58,505 nt of DNA. Source: Minisyncoccota bacterium. Lineage in GTDB: Bacteria > Patescibacteriota > Minisyncoccia > UBA6257. The stretch lies in NCBI GenBank assembly GCA_028711005.1, contig JAQTTC010000001.1, forward strand, positions 1 through 58,505. The letters are read 5' to 3'. Within the stretch, counting starts at the first letter, position 1; each line of letters starts with the position of its first letter. The notes beneath the pieces are model-generated. The model made no database searches. It was not told the DNA's origin and was given only the letters and a program-made list of their open reading frames with translations. The position numbers and the translations under genes were made by a program. This document shows, piece after piece, positions 29,754-41,000 of the stretch.

Positions 29754-30074
29754 TTAAATCTTCAAATCATCTACAATACCGTCTGCCATTTTTTCTGCCT
29801 CTCGGTTTTCTCTAGAAGAACCAGCTGGTTCTTCAATCTTGAGATTTACTCGAGCTTTGTTTTTAGCTCCAGCCACTTTAAGAATAGTTCTTAAGGCTTT
29901 AGCCATTGAACCTTGGCGGCCAATGATTTGAGCCATATCATTAGGGTCTACTTTTAAAGAAAGTAGCACTCCCATTTCATCAACTTTTCTTTCTACTTGA
30001 ACTGCATCTGGATTGCTAACAACACTTTTAACTATAAACTCAAGCAATTTTTGATCAACAGGTGAATCTACCAT
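29754..30074 (-). CDS. KH-domain RNA-binding protein (YlqC/UPF0109-like)
   Basis: 'IIGRQGSMAKALRTIL' carries the GxxG KH motif. Its position upstream of trmD matches the conserved rpsP-KH-rimM-trmD neighbourhood. Confidence 0.75.
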   Translation of the reverse strand: MVDSPVDQKLLEFIVKSVVSNPDAVQVERKVDEMGVLLSLKVDPNDMAQIIGRQGSMAKALRTILKVAGAKNKARVNLKIEEPAGSSRENREAEKMADGIVDDLKI

Positions 30075-30153
30075 ATTACCAGAATTAATATTTTCTTGAT
30101 TTAATAACTAAGTAGCCGTCGACCCTTCATTTCATCAGCTACTGTATAGATTA

Positions 30154-30182
30154 ATGATAAATTAGTAAGATTTAAAAGTCAA
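30154..30182 (-). promoter_or_regulatory. Candidate sigma70-type promoter for the KH-trmD string
   Basis: The minus strand reads TTGACT (30177-30182), a 17-nt spacer, then TATCAT (30154-30159), starting just after the smc stop. Such motifs arise easily by chance in AT-rich DNA. Confidence 0.3.
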
Positions 30183-30184
30183 CC

Positions 30185-32293
30185 CTATTCTGCTAAAGCC
30201 TCAGCTTCTTCTAATTTTAAGGAAAGAAGTTGGGAACTATTATCTGATGATAAAGTTATTCCATAGATAACTTGAACTGCACTCATTGTCAATCGATTAT
30301 GAGTAATTATAATAAACTGTGTTTGCTTATTTAAAGCTTTTAAAATTTCAGAAAAACGTCGACTATTATCCTCGTCTAAAGCAGCATCAATCTCGTCGAC
30401 TACTAATAAAGGAATTTTTGATTGCTCTACTAAAGCAAAAAGCAAACAAATAGCTACTAATGTTTTCTCTCCTCCAGAAAGCATTTCTAATCCTTTTAAC
30501 TGAGTCTTGGGAATATTAAGCTGAATATCAACTCCCCAAGATAAGTTATCATTGTTTGTTTTTTCTTTTCTTTGAATTAATCTAGCAGAACCACCATTAA
30601 ATATTAATCGGAAGTAATCATTGAACTGATGGTTTATCTTCTTTATTGCTTCATTGAATTTCCCTTCAATTTGCTCTTCTAACTCCTTAATAAGAACCTT
30701 TAGATCTTCCATGCCTTTATTTAAATCGCTAATTTGTTGAGTCAGAAAATCATAACGCTCAGAAACTTCTTTATATTCCTCTATAATGTTCTGGTCTTGA
30801 ACACCGATTTCTGCTAACCCTTGTTTTCCTCTCATAATCTTTTTTTCTAAATCAGAAAATTCCTCCATCGAAATTAATTCAGTTTCTTTATTAGCTTGAT
30901 AATCTTGTTTAATCTCTTCAAATTGAAAGCCTGATTCTTCTAATCGACGCTTAAAATCTTCTAAATGAAGCTCAAATTTCTCATTTAATATTTCTTCTCT
31001 TTGTAATTCCCGATACAATCTTTCTTTTTCTGCTCTTTTAGATTCTATCTCTTTGAATTTTAATTTAAAATCTAAGCTCTTTGCGTTTTGCTGTTCTTGC
31101 AATTGATTTAATAGCCTGTTTTTTCCATTGATTTCAACATCAATTTTTTCTAGAATAGATTTAATCTCTTTAACTTTTTCATCTTCTTTTTTCTCGCTTA
31201 AATTATCCTCAGGGTTTATAAAAGAATCTATATCATTAATAATTACTTGAATTTTCTGCTTAATTTTTTCTAAATCAACAAAAGACAATAAGAGCTGTAA
31301 TTCTTCTTTTAATGAAATAACTTTTTTTTCTAAAGGCTCCCGAACAACAGCTAAATTACTACTAGCTTCTCTTTGCCCTAAATCTTTTAACAGAGATGAT
31401 TTTTTGTTTTGAAGCTCAATAATTTCTCCAGTTAAGTTTCTGATTTCAATTTCTAAACTTTTATCATTTTGTTCATCTAATAATCCTATCTTCCTGCTTT
31501 CATCTTCAATAAATCTCTCTATACTTTTTATCTCTTGTTTTATTTTATTAAAATCAACATTTGGTTGAATTCTTTCTTTTAAAATTTGATTGTAAACATT
31601 AATAAAATATTTCTTCTCCAATAAAACTAATTCCTCTTTCATCTTTTCCATTTTTTCCCATCGAACAACTTGCCGTTTTAAAGATCTTAAATGAGGAAGA
31701 ACCTCTTGACGTAAAGATTGAATCTTATCAAGGTTGATTAATGTATTCTCTAATTTTCTTTTTGCTTCTTCTTTTTTTATCTCTAGATTTTTTAAACCTA
31801 AATTCTCCTCAAGCATTATTCTTCTCTCTTGAGCAGAAACTTTTAAAATATTTTCTACTGACCCTTGATTTATAATTGAAAAACCTTTTAAGCCAAGCTT
31901 TGCCGCTGCTGAAGTTTCAATAATATCTTTTAATCGACAGGGCTGATGATTAAGGAAATAACTATTATTATCTTCCTTATCAATTCTTCTTAAAAGGCTA
32001 ACTTCTGAAAACTCTAAAGGGAAAAACCCTTTCGTATTATCAAAAACTAATTCTACTTCAGCAAAACCAGCTGAAGAATTTTTTTTATTACTAGAAAAAA
32101 TTAAATCACTCCCTTTACCTGCTCTTAGATTTTTAAAACTTTGTTCTCCTAAAGCCCAACGAATAGCATCAACAATATTAGACTTTCCTGAACCATTTGG
32201 ACCAACAATAGCTGTAAAAAAAACAGGGAAATCTAAAACTGTCTTTCCAGCAAAAGATTTAAAGTTTTTTAAGATAATCTGCTTTAAAAACAC
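30185..32293 (-). CDS. smc: SMC-family chromosome segregation ATPase, short form without a recognisable hinge
   Basis: N-terminal head 'IVGPNGSGKSNIVDAIRWALGEQS'. C-terminal head 'LSGGEKTLVAICLLFAL...LLVVDEIDAALD...FIIITH'. The middle is continuous heptad-like Lys/Glu/Leu sequence. Total 702 aa. Confidence 0.8.
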   Translation of the reverse strand: MFLKQIILKNFKSFAGKTVLDFPVFFTAIVGPNGSGKSNIVDAIRWALGEQSFKNLRAGKGSDLIFSSNKKNSSAGFAEVELVFDNTKGFFPLEFSEVSLLRRIDKEDNNSYFLNHQPCRLKDIIETSAAAKLGLKGFSIINQGSVENILKVSAQERRIMLEENLGLKNLEIKKEEAKRKLENTLINLDKIQSLRQEVLPHLRSLKRQVVRWEKMEKMKEELVLLEKKYFINVYNQILKERIQPNVDFNKIKQEIKSIERFIEDESRKIGLLDEQNDKSLEIEIRNLTGEIIELQNKKSSLLKDLGQREASSNLAVVREPLEKKVISLKEELQLLLSFVDLEKIKQKIQVIINDIDSFINPEDNLSEKKEDEKVKEIKSILEKIDVEINGKNRLLNQLQEQQNAKSLDFKLKFKEIESKRAEKERLYRELQREEILNEKFELHLEDFKRRLEESGFQFEEIKQDYQANKETELISMEEFSDLEKKIMRGKQGLAEIGVQDQNIIEEYKEVSERYDFLTQQISDLNKGMEDLKVLIKELEEQIEGKFNEAIKKINHQFNDYFRLIFNGGSARLIQRKEKTNNDNLSWGVDIQLNIPKTQLKGLEMLSGGEKTLVAICLLFALVEQSKIPLLVVDEIDAALDEDNSRRFSEILKALNKQTQFIIITHNRLTMSAVQVIYGITLSSDNSSQLLSLKLEEAEALAE

Positions 32294-32314
32294 GTTAATT
32301 AAATCTTTAATACT

Positions 32315-33013
32315 TTATTTCCATCCCTTTTTTAAAAGCGCTTTCTCAGCTGCCTTGGTTTCAGCTTCGTGCTTAGAAAACCCTTCGCCTTCAGCAATTA
32401 ATTTTTCTTTTAAATAAACCCCTGTTTTAAATTGCCTTGAGTGATCTGGTCCCCAAGATTCTAAAAATTTATAAATTGGAGTAATTCCTAAAAGTTCTTG
32501 GCTCTTTTCTTGAAAAACACTTTTAGAATCTCTATGACTTCCAGTTTTTAAAATTTGATCTGCTTTTACTAAAATATGCTTTTCAATAAATTCACTAGTT
32601 TCCTCAAGCCCTTGGTCCAAATAAATAGCCCCTACAATTGATTCAACTGCATTAGCTAGAAAATATGGATGAGCTTTCTTTAGTTCTTTTTTTTCTCCTT
32701 TGGAAACTAAAAGATATTTTTTAATTTCTAATTTATCAGCTACTTCTAACAAAGAATTACTATTAATCAATGCTGCCCTTAAGCTAGTTAATTCTCCTTC
32801 CTTAAGTTTAGGATATTTTCTAAAAAGATACTCTGCTGCAATAAGACCAAAAACTGCATCACCTAAAAATTCTAATCTTTCATTTTGACCTATTTTAAAC
32901 CACTCCTTGTTTTCATTTAAAAAAGAGCGATGAGTTAACGCTCGTTTTAATAAATCTATATTATTGAATTTTAATCCTAATTTTTTTTCAATTTTATGAA
33001 AGTCTAAATCCAT
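32315..33013 (-). CDS. rnc: Ribonuclease III
   Basis: Signature 'NERLEFLGDAV' and a C-terminal dsRBD 'GPDHSRQFKTGVYL...GEGFSKHEAETKAAEKAL'. Start trimmed to M11 (cat at 33011-33013), 1 nt after the nusB stop. Confidence 0.9.
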   Translation of the reverse strand: MDLDFHKIEKKLGLKFNNIDLLKRALTHRSFLNENKEWFKIGQNERLEFLGDAVFGLIAAEYLFRKYPKLKEGELTSLRAALINSNSLLEVADKLEIKKYLLVSKGEKKELKKAHPYFLANAVESIVGAIYLDQGLEETSEFIEKHILVKADQILKTGSHRDSKSVFQEKSQELLGITPIYKFLESWGPDHSRQFKTGVYLKEKLIAEGEGFSKHEAETKAAEKALLKKGWK

Positions 33014-33014
33014 T

Positions 33015-33467
33015 TTAATTATTATCTTTCTTTTTTTTATCAAAAACTTCTTCCATCTCTCTGTAAACTGTCCCTAAAACTCCATTTACAAAGCGACGAG
33101 AAGAATCACCTCCAAAAGTCTTTGCCAATTCTACTGCTTCATTAATAGCAACCTTAGGAGGAACCTCCTTTAAGTCACTGAATAATAACTCAAAAATACC
33201 AATTCGCAATATATTTCTGTCTATAGCATTTATTTGGTTTAATGGCCACTCTGGAGCACCTGAAACAATTAGCTTATTCAACTCGTCCCAATGTTCTAAA
33301 ACCCCTTTTAAAAGTTCTTGAGGATATTTTTGATCAAATAAACCGTCCCCTAAGGATTTTAAATTTCTTTGAAAAATCTTTTCTACCTCAGTTCCCTTTC
33401 CTTCCCAAAAATCCCATTCATAAAGTGTCTGCAAAACAATAGAACGAGAAAGATGACGAGAGCCCAT
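33015..33467 (-). CDS. nusB: Transcription antitermination factor NusB
   Basis: '[18 protein letters not shown]', '[15 protein letters not shown]' and '[30 protein letters not shown]'. Confidence 0.85.
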   Translation of the reverse strand: MGSRHLSRSIVLQTLYEWDFWEGKGTEVEKIFQRNLKSLGDGLFDQKYPQELLKGVLEHWDELNKLIVSGAPEWPLNQINAIDRNILRIGIFELLFSDLKEVPPKVAINEAVELAKTFGGDSSRRFVNGVLGTVYREMEEVFDKKKKDNN

Positions 33468-33485
33468 AAATTAACAAATTAAATT

Positions 33486-33719
33486 TTATTTTTCTTCTTC
33501 GATTTCTTTTTGTTTCTGCTTTTTTTCTTTCTTATTTAATCCTTTAAAAACATCAATAACTTCTTTATCTTTATAATAACCACAGAAAGGACAAATTTTG
33601 TGAGAGGGAATCATTTCTCCACAATGAGAACACTTTATTAAACTAAGCGGCTTAAGAGCTGCGTGAGAACGACGCTTATCAACGCGAGAACGAGTATGAT
33701 GACGTGCAGGAACACCCAT
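33486..33719 (-). CDS. rpmF: 50S ribosomal protein L32 (zinc-ribbon form)
   Basis: 'MGVPARHHTRSRVDKRRSH' and 'CSHCGE...CPFCGYY'. Confidence 0.85.
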   Translation of the reverse strand: MGVPARHHTRSRVDKRRSHAALKPLSLIKCSHCGEMIPSHKICPFCGYYKDKEVIDVFKGLNKKEKKQKQKEIEEEK

Positions 33720-33787
33720 AATAATAAATTTATTAAGTTTAGCCTTAAAAGATTAACATAAAGCCTCTTAGAGAGCAAGGATTTTAA

Positions 33788-36688
33788 CTAATTAACCTTC
33801 TTTAAAAAAATCGTAATGTTGTTACTATCCAAAAATATATCACTCTTAAACTCAAAATTATTAACTTTATTCCAACTAATTTCTTTAATTTTTAATTCTT
33901 TTTTGATCTGATTTTCGTTCTTTTTAAATAATTGCAATATTGAATCATCTCCTTGGAAAGAAACAATTATTTCATCGGTCGGTAATAAATTAGCTTTTTT
34001 ACGAATAACCTGAATTTGTCTCAAACCCTCGCGCATCATTCCTTCTTCTTTTAATTCTGGAGTAATATTTTTATCAATCTCCATCTCTTTTTTTAATTTA
34101 TCATCGAAGACAACTTTTTTAACATTAACTTCATCTTTAATTAATTGTAACAATTCTTCCTTATCTTTTAATTCATCATTCTTGATCCTTAATTCACCTA
34201 ATGGTTGTCTTACCTTTAGCCCTTCTTGAGCTCTTTCTGCTAATGCTAAAGAAATGATTTCTCTAACTATTTCCATCTCTTTTTCAATTTTTTTATCTAT
34301 TAATTCTTCATCAAATTTTGGATAATCACAAAGATGAACTGATATTAAATCATCTTCATTTTTTAAACTTTGATATAATTGCTCACTTATAAAAGGAACA
34401 AAAGGACTAATTAATTTACTTAAGGTAAAAAGCACGTGTTTTAAAACTGGAGAAGCCTTTTGACTGTTTTCTGTATCCTTAAATCTTTGACGAGATCTTC
34501 TTAAATACCAGATAGATAGATCGTCAATAAATTGTTCTATCGGTTTTACTGCTTGAGATAAATCATATTTTTCCATTGCTTCTGTTATTGCTTTATTTAA
34601 AGCATTCATTTTAGATAAAATCCATTTATCTAAAACATGCAAAGACTGATATTGGTTTTTTTGAAAACTTTCTTTAGTCTTTAAAGCGTATAATTTGTAA
34701 AAACCAAAAACGTTCCATAAAATAATTAAATTTTTCTTAAGCATTTGATCTACTCCTTTTTCAGAAAAACACAAATCATCAGCTTTAATTGCTGGACTAT
34801 TTAATAAATAAAGTCGCATTGCATCAGCACCATACTTATCAATAATTTTCATTGGTTCAGGGTAATTTTTCAAACGCTTGCTCATCTTTTGCCCATCTTC
34901 AGTTAAAATAATGCCATTAACAATATTATTAAGAAATGCTGGCTGGTCAAATAAAGCAGTAGACAAAACCATTAAAGTGTAAAACCAACCTCTTGTTTGA
35001 TCAATTCCTTCTGCAACAAATTGTGCTGGAAAATTCTTTTCAAAATTTTCTTTATTTTCAAAAGGGTAATGAGCCTGAGCATAAGGCATTGAGCCTGATT
35101 CAAACCAACAATCTAAAACTTCTGGGATTCTTTTCATTGTTCCTCCACATTTTTCACACTTAAAAGTAACTTCATCTATATAAGGACGATGAAGATCTTC
35201 TATTTTTTTGCCGCTCAACTCTTCTAATTCTTTAACTGAGCCAATAACCTTAATATTATCACAATTTTGACCTTTATCGTTTTGACATCGCCAAATAGGG
35301 ATTGGCGTTCCCCAATAACGAGAACGAGAAATTGACCAATCTGGAGCTTCTTCTAACAATTTACCAAAACGACCATCTTTAATATGATCTGGAACCCAAT
35401 TAATCTTTTGATTATTCTTAATAATCTTATCTTTTATCGCTGTCACTTTTACAAACCACGAAGAAGTAGCATAGTTTAGAAGAGGAGAATCGCAACGCCA
35501 ACAAAACGGATATTTATGAACTACTTCCTCCTGATTAAATAGTTTACCTTGGTTTTTTAACCATTGAATAATTTTTTTATCAGTTTTTAATATGTCTTCC
35601 TTAGGTTTAACTTCTTCTTCCGCCCATTCCCTTACTTCTTTAATAAAGCACCCATCTCCTCCAACATGTTGGATAAAGGGTAATTTTTCTTTTCTTCCAA
35701 GAGCCAGGTCGTCTTCACCAAAAGCTGGAGCAATATGAACTACGCCAGTCCCTTCTTCAATAGAGACAAATTCTCCACTATAAATCTTCCAGCCATTTTG
35801 TTTGTTTTCCAAAGCATCTTGCTTACTAAAATAATCAAATAAAGGTTCATATTCAAGGCCAATTAAATCTTTACCTTTAATTTTTTCTATAACCCGGTAC
35901 TCATCTTTAACAACTTCTAATCTTTTTTCTGCCAAAATATAGTATTCATTCCCAACTTGAATTTTTACATAATCAATATCCTTCCCTACTGCCAAAGCCA
36001 CATTGCCTGGTAAAGTCCAAGGAGTTGTTGTCCAAGCTAAAATAAAAGTATTTTCTTGGTCTTTTAATTTAAATTTTAGAGTAATTGATATATCCTTGGT
36101 CTCTTTATACCCTAGACTAACTTCAAAATTAGAAAGTGTCGTGCCACAACGAGGGCAAATATGCATACTTTTATAACCTTCATAAATTAATCCTTTATCC
36201 CATAACTGCTTAAACACCCACCAAATAGATTCCATATATTTAAAATCCATTGTTTTATATGAGTGCTCCATATCAACCCAGCGACCGATTCGAGGAATAA
36301 CTTTTTTCCATTCATCAACATATCGCAAAACGCTTTCTTTACAAGCTTGATTAAATTTATCAACACCAATTTCCTCAATATCTTTTTTGTTTTTAAGATT
36401 TAATTCTTGTTCTATTAAGTTTTCTACAGGTAAACCATGACAATCCCATCCCCAAACACGTTCTATCCGAAAACCCCTCATTGCCCAATAACGAGGGACC
36501 GCATCTTTTATTAAAGAAGCTAAAATATGGCCATAATGAGGCAACCCTGTTGCAAAAGGAGGTCCGTCATAAAAAACATAAGATTTGTCTTCTGATCTTT
36601 GTTTTATTGATTTTTCAAAAACTTTATTTTTTTGCCAAAAGTCTAAAATCTCTTTTTCCTTTTCAACAAATTCTAAACATTTATCCAT
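33788..36688 (-). CDS. ileS: Isoleucyl-tRNA synthetase (type 2 / eukaryote-like architecture)
   Basis: 'FYDGPPFATGLPHYGHIL' (HIGH), 'WDCHGLPVE', the CP1 editing region 'TTTPWTLPGNVA' and 'KMSKRLKNYP' (KMSKS). Confidence 0.95.
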   Translation of the reverse strand: MDKCLEFVEKEKEILDFWQKNKVFEKSIKQRSEDKSYVFYDGPPFATGLPHYGHILASLIKDAVPRYWAMRGFRIERVWGWDCHGLPVENLIEQELNLKNKKDIEEIGVDKFNQACKESVLRYVDEWKKVIPRIGRWVDMEHSYKTMDFKYMESIWWVFKQLWDKGLIYEGYKSMHICPRCGTTLSNFEVSLGYKETKDISITLKFKLKDQENTFILAWTTTPWTLPGNVALAVGKDIDYVKIQVGNEYYILAEKRLEVVKDEYRVIEKIKGKDLIGLEYEPLFDYFSKQDALENKQNGWKIYSGEFVSIEEGTGVVHIAPAFGEDDLALGRKEKLPFIQHVGGDGCFIKEVREWAEEEVKPKEDILKTDKKIIQWLKNQGKLFNQEEVVHKYPFCWRCDSPLLNYATSSWFVKVTAIKDKIIKNNQKINWVPDHIKDGRFGKLLEEAPDWSISRSRYWGTPIPIWRCQNDKGQNCDNIKVIGSVKELEELSGKKIEDLHRPYIDEVTFKCEKCGGTMKRIPEVLDCWFESGSMPYAQAHYPFENKENFEKNFPAQFVAEGIDQTRGWFYTLMVLSTALFDQPAFLNNIVNGIILTEDGQKMSKRLKNYPEPMKIIDKYGADAMRLYLLNSPAIKADDLCFSEKGVDQMLKKNLIILWNVFGFYKLYALKTKESFQKNQYQSLHVLDKWILSKMNALNKAITEAMEKYDLSQAVKPIEQFIDDLSIWYLRRSRQRFKDTENSQKASPVLKHVLFTLSKLISPFVPFISEQLYQSLKNEDDLISVHLCDYPKFDEELIDKKIEKEMEIVREIISLALAERAQEGLKVRQPLGELRIKNDELKDKEELLQLIKDEVNVKKVVFDDKLKKEMEIDKNITPELKEEGMMREGLRQIQVIRKKANLLPTDEIIVSFQGDDSILQLFKKNENQIKKELKIKEISWNKVNNFEFKSDIFLDSNNITIFLKKVN

Positions 36689-36833
36689 AATAATCTAAAT
36701 ACAATTTATTATTTGTTTCTAGTTTACTTCAAAATAAACAAAAAATCCACCCCATTAAAGACTTTTTTTGATAAGGACAAATTTTAATTTTATTGATATA
36801 ATAAAAATATATTAATAAACCCCAAAAGAAAAG

Positions 36834-38006
36834 ATGAAAGATAAAGCAAAAATAACAACCATCAAAGACTTTTATCAAGAAATGAATAGCCTTAAAAAAA
36901 CTAGAGAATTGATTTTAAATTTATTAATTCAAGACAAAAAACCTCCAAAAAAGCTGATTGACTCACTTAACTCTCATTTGAAAAGATTAAAATCTATTAA
37001 AAAAGAAAACGGTAATTTTATTCTTGTTTCTAATCAAATTAATTTAAGTTTTAAACTCTATTATGAAATTTCAGAATTAGAAAAAGACATTATTTTCTTA
37101 AAAAAAGGAGAGAAAGCTCTTTTAGAATATTTTAAAAAAATCCATAAAAATTTTAAAAAACAAAGTCAAAAATTAATAAATTATCTTAAAAACCAAAAAA
37201 TTGATTTTTTCATCACAGATAGAGATGGAACAATTAATAATTATTGTGAAACTTATTTATCATCTATCCAATCTGTTTATAACGCATTTTTTCTCTATAA
37301 ATTTTCAGAAAAAATTAAAAAATCAATAATTTTAACTTCAGGTCCCCTTAATGATTTTCAAAAAGTAAATATTCTTTCAAAGGGTAATTTTATTTTTGCA
37401 GGCTCTAAAGCAAGAGAATTCAAATATTTAAAAGGAAAAATACATCGCCTTAAAATTCCTAAAAACGAAAAAAAGCTTATTAATTCCCTGGAAAAATCAA
37501 TAAGAAAAGTTCTTCTTAAAAAAAGATTTAGAATATTTAAGTTTATAGGTTCAGGTTTTCAAAAAAAGCATGGGGAAATTACAATTGCCAGGCAAAATAT
37601 ACTTAATTCAATTCCCAGAAAACAAAGCCTTGAGTTTCTTTCTAAAATTAAACAGATTGCAAAAAACCTAGACCCAAGTCAAAGGTTTTTAGAAATTAAT
37701 GATACAAAACTTGATATTGAAATATTACTTAAATCTAATTTTAAAACTTTTGACAAAGGAAAAGGACTTATGTTTTTATTAAATAAATCAAACATTCATC
37801 TTTCTAATGTTTTAATTTCTGGAGATGCTAGCTCAGATTTATCATTATTAGAATCATCAAAAGCCTTAAGCAAAAAAGTATATTGTATATTCGTAACTCA
37901 AAACAAGCAGCTGAAAACTAAGATTAAAAAAATACATAAAAATTCAATTTTTGTTTCAAGCCCTGACGTCTTGATATATAGTATTCACCAAATTTCAAAA
38001 ACCTAA
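36834..38006 (+). CDS. HAD-IIB phosphatase, trehalose-phosphatase-like, with a ~120-aa Lys-rich N-terminal extension
   Basis: HAD motif I 'FITDRDGTI' (D129/D131), motif II 'LTSGP', motif III 'FDKGKG' and motif IV 'ISGDASSDL'. The spacing resembles the OtsB/TPP family. Substrate not determinable by eye. Confidence 0.5.
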   Translation: MKDKAKITTIKDFYQEMNSLKKTRELILNLLIQDKKPPKKLIDSLNSHLKRLKSIKKENGNFILVSNQINLSFKLYYEISELEKDIIFLKKGEKALLEYFKKIHKNFKKQSQKLINYLKNQKIDFFITDRDGTINNYCETYLSSIQSVYNAFFLYKFSEKIKKSIILTSGPLNDFQKVNILSKGNFIFAGSKAREFKYLKGKIHRLKIPKNEKKLINSLEKSIRKVLLKKRFRIFKFIGSGFQKKHGEITIARQNILNSIPRKQSLEFLSKIKQIAKNLDPSQRFLEINDTKLDIEILLKSNFKTFDKGKGLMFLLNKSNIHLSNVLISGDASSDLSLLESSKALSKKVYCIFVTQNKQLKTKIKKIHKNSIFVSSPDVLIYSIHQISKT

Positions 38007-38008
38007 TT

Positions 38009-41000
38009 ATGGATTTTAAAGGAGCAATATTCGATTTAGATGGAGTTATCACTGATACTGCAAAAATACATGCCGAAGCATGGAAACTTGTCTTTGATGA
38101 ATTTTTAGAAAATTATAATAAAAATCACTTTGTTCCCTTTGATAAACAAAAGGATTATTTAAAGTATGTTGATGGAAAACCAAGAAAAAAAGGAGCCACA
38201 GATTTTCTTGAATCAAGAAATATCTTTTTAGGCCCAGGAAAGCCTTTTGACCTTTCATCAAAAAAGACGATTTGGGGTATTACTAATAAAAAAAATCATA
38301 TCTTTCTTAAATTACTTAATAAGAAAAAACCGATCGTTTATGAAAATGCTATTTCTTTAATAAAAAAATTAAAGGCAAAAAAAATAAAAGTAGGAGTTAT
38401 TTCCTCAAGTAAAAATTGCAGAAGAATTTTAAAAACATGCAATTTAACATCTGTATTTGACATAATTGTCGATGGAAAAACTTCTGAACAAATAGGTCTT
38501 TCTGGCAAACCAGATCCAGATATCTTTTTATATGCTTCTAGAAAACTCAAACTAAACCCTGAAGATTGTATTATTTTTGAAGATGCTTTTTCAGGGGTTG
38601 AAGCAGGCAAAAAAGGCAACTTTGGTTTAGTAATAGGAATCTCAAGAAATAATAATATTAACTTAAAAAGTGCTCATTTTATTGTTAAAAGCCTTAAAGA
38701 ATTATCTACTAATAAATTAAATAGACTATTTAAAAAAGAAAATGAAAAGAATAATTGGAATTTAAATTATTACTATTTTATCCCGGAAGAAGAAAAATTA
38801 AGGGAAGCCTTAACAACAACAGGAAACGGATTTATGGGAACCAGGGGATGCTTCGAAACCCAAAGTGATTCACAAAATCATTATCCAGGCTGCTATATAG
38901 CAGGAATTTATAATACTCTTAAAACAAAAATTGGTAAAAAGGAGTCTATAAATAACTCTCTTGTTAATTGTCCTAACTGGCTTTTAATTAAAATAAAAAT
39001 TAATGGTGATTTTATAGATCCTTTTAAGCAAGAAATTATTGAATATGAAAAAAAACTTAATTACAAAAAAGCAATTCTTTGTCATAAAATAATTTTTAAA
39101 GATAGAGAGAATAGAATAACTAAGATTACTAGTAAAAGGTTTTCTTCTATGAAAAATCCTCATTTATCTATTCTTGATTTTAAGATAACTCCCTTAAATT
39201 ACTCCGGAGAAATATCTCTTCAATCATTAATTGATGGAAGTATAGAAAATAATAATGTAGCTAGATATCGAGGACTAAAATCAAAACATCTTAAAATAGT
39301 TTCTACTAAAAAAATAAATAACTTGTTAACGCTTCATGCTAAAACAAGTCAATCTAAATATGATTTAATTTTCTCTGCAAAAAATATTACAAAAAAATAT
39401 ACAGAATCTAAATTTATAAAATCAGCAAAGTTAATCGGTGAAGAATTTCTCTACCATCAAAAAAGAAATCAAACAATTAATCTAAAGAAAATTATTTCAA
39501 TTTTCACTTCAAGAGAAAGCGCTAATCCACAAAAAGATTCTTTAAATTTACTTAAAAAAACTAGCTCTACTAATTCAGCTTTTCAATCTCATTTAAAACA
39601 ATGGAAAAAATTATGGGAAAAATGCGATCTTTTTATTAAAGGAGATTTGTTTTCACAAAATGCATTAAGATTTCATATTTACCATCTTTTATCAACTTAT
39701 TCTCCAAATGTTATCGGCTTAGATGTCAGTGTTCCTGCTAGAGGCCTTACTGGAGAATCATATCATGGACATATTTTCTGGGATGAAATTTATATCACTC
39801 CCTTTTTCTATCATCATTTTCCAGAAGTATCAAAAGAATCTTTAATTTATCGGTATAATCGACTTAAACAAGCCCAAGAATACGCTAAAAAAAATGGATA
39901 TAAAGGAGCAATGTACCCATGGCAAAGCGCAGATACTGGAAAAGAAGAAACTCAAAAAATACATTTGAATCCAATGGATAATTCTTGGGGACCTGATTTT
40001 AGTCGTCACCAGCGACACGTCTCTATCGCTATTTTTTATAATTTTTATAAATATATCTATCATGCAAAAGATTTACAATTTTTGCATGATTATGGAGCTG
40101 AAGTAATGATTGAAATTGCAAGGTTTTGGGAAAGCATTGCTGAATATGATAAAAAAACAGATAAATACCATATCAAAGGAGTTGTTGGACCTGATGAATT
40201 TCACGAAAAATATCCATGGTCAAATAAACCAGGCTTCATAGATAACGCCTATACAAATATTATGGTTTCTTGGTTATTACAAAAAACTGCTGTTTTAAGC
40301 GAACAACTGCCTAAAAATTTAATTAAAAAATTTAAGCTTACAAAAGAAGAGATTAATAAATGGAAAGGCATAAGTAAGAAAATAAATGTTGTGGTCAAAA
40401 ATGAAATTATTATGCAATTCAAAGATTTTGATAAGCTAAAAAAAATAAATTTTGAGAAGTATAAGAAAAAATATTCAAACATTGAAAGAATGGACAGAAT
40501 TTTAAAAGCAGAAGGAAAGTCCCCTAATGAATATAAAGTAATAAAGCAACCTGATGTTTTAATGATTTTTTATGTTTTAGAATTTCAAGAAGCAATAAAA
40601 ATTTTAAGAAAGCTTGGAATCAAAATAAAAAAGCCAAAAAGCTTTATTAAAAAAAACTATAACTACTATGCTTCGATAACAACCCATGGTTCCACTTTAA
40701 GTAAGTTTATTCACAATGCAATACTCTCTAATCTAAAGCAAGACAATCATATGGTCTGGAAATGGTTTAAAAACGCTCTAGAAAGCGATATTTACGACTC
40801 TCAAAGAGGAACAACAAAGGAAGGGATCCATTGTGGGCTGATGGCAGGGACTATTGAAATAGTAAGAAAATATTTTGCTGGAGTTAAGACTCATAAAAAA
40901 GGGCTTTCTCTTAGACCTTGGCTTCCTGCTCACTGGAAAAAATTAAGATTTAGAATTGAACATCAAAAAAAACAATATCTTTTTGATTTTAATTTACAAG

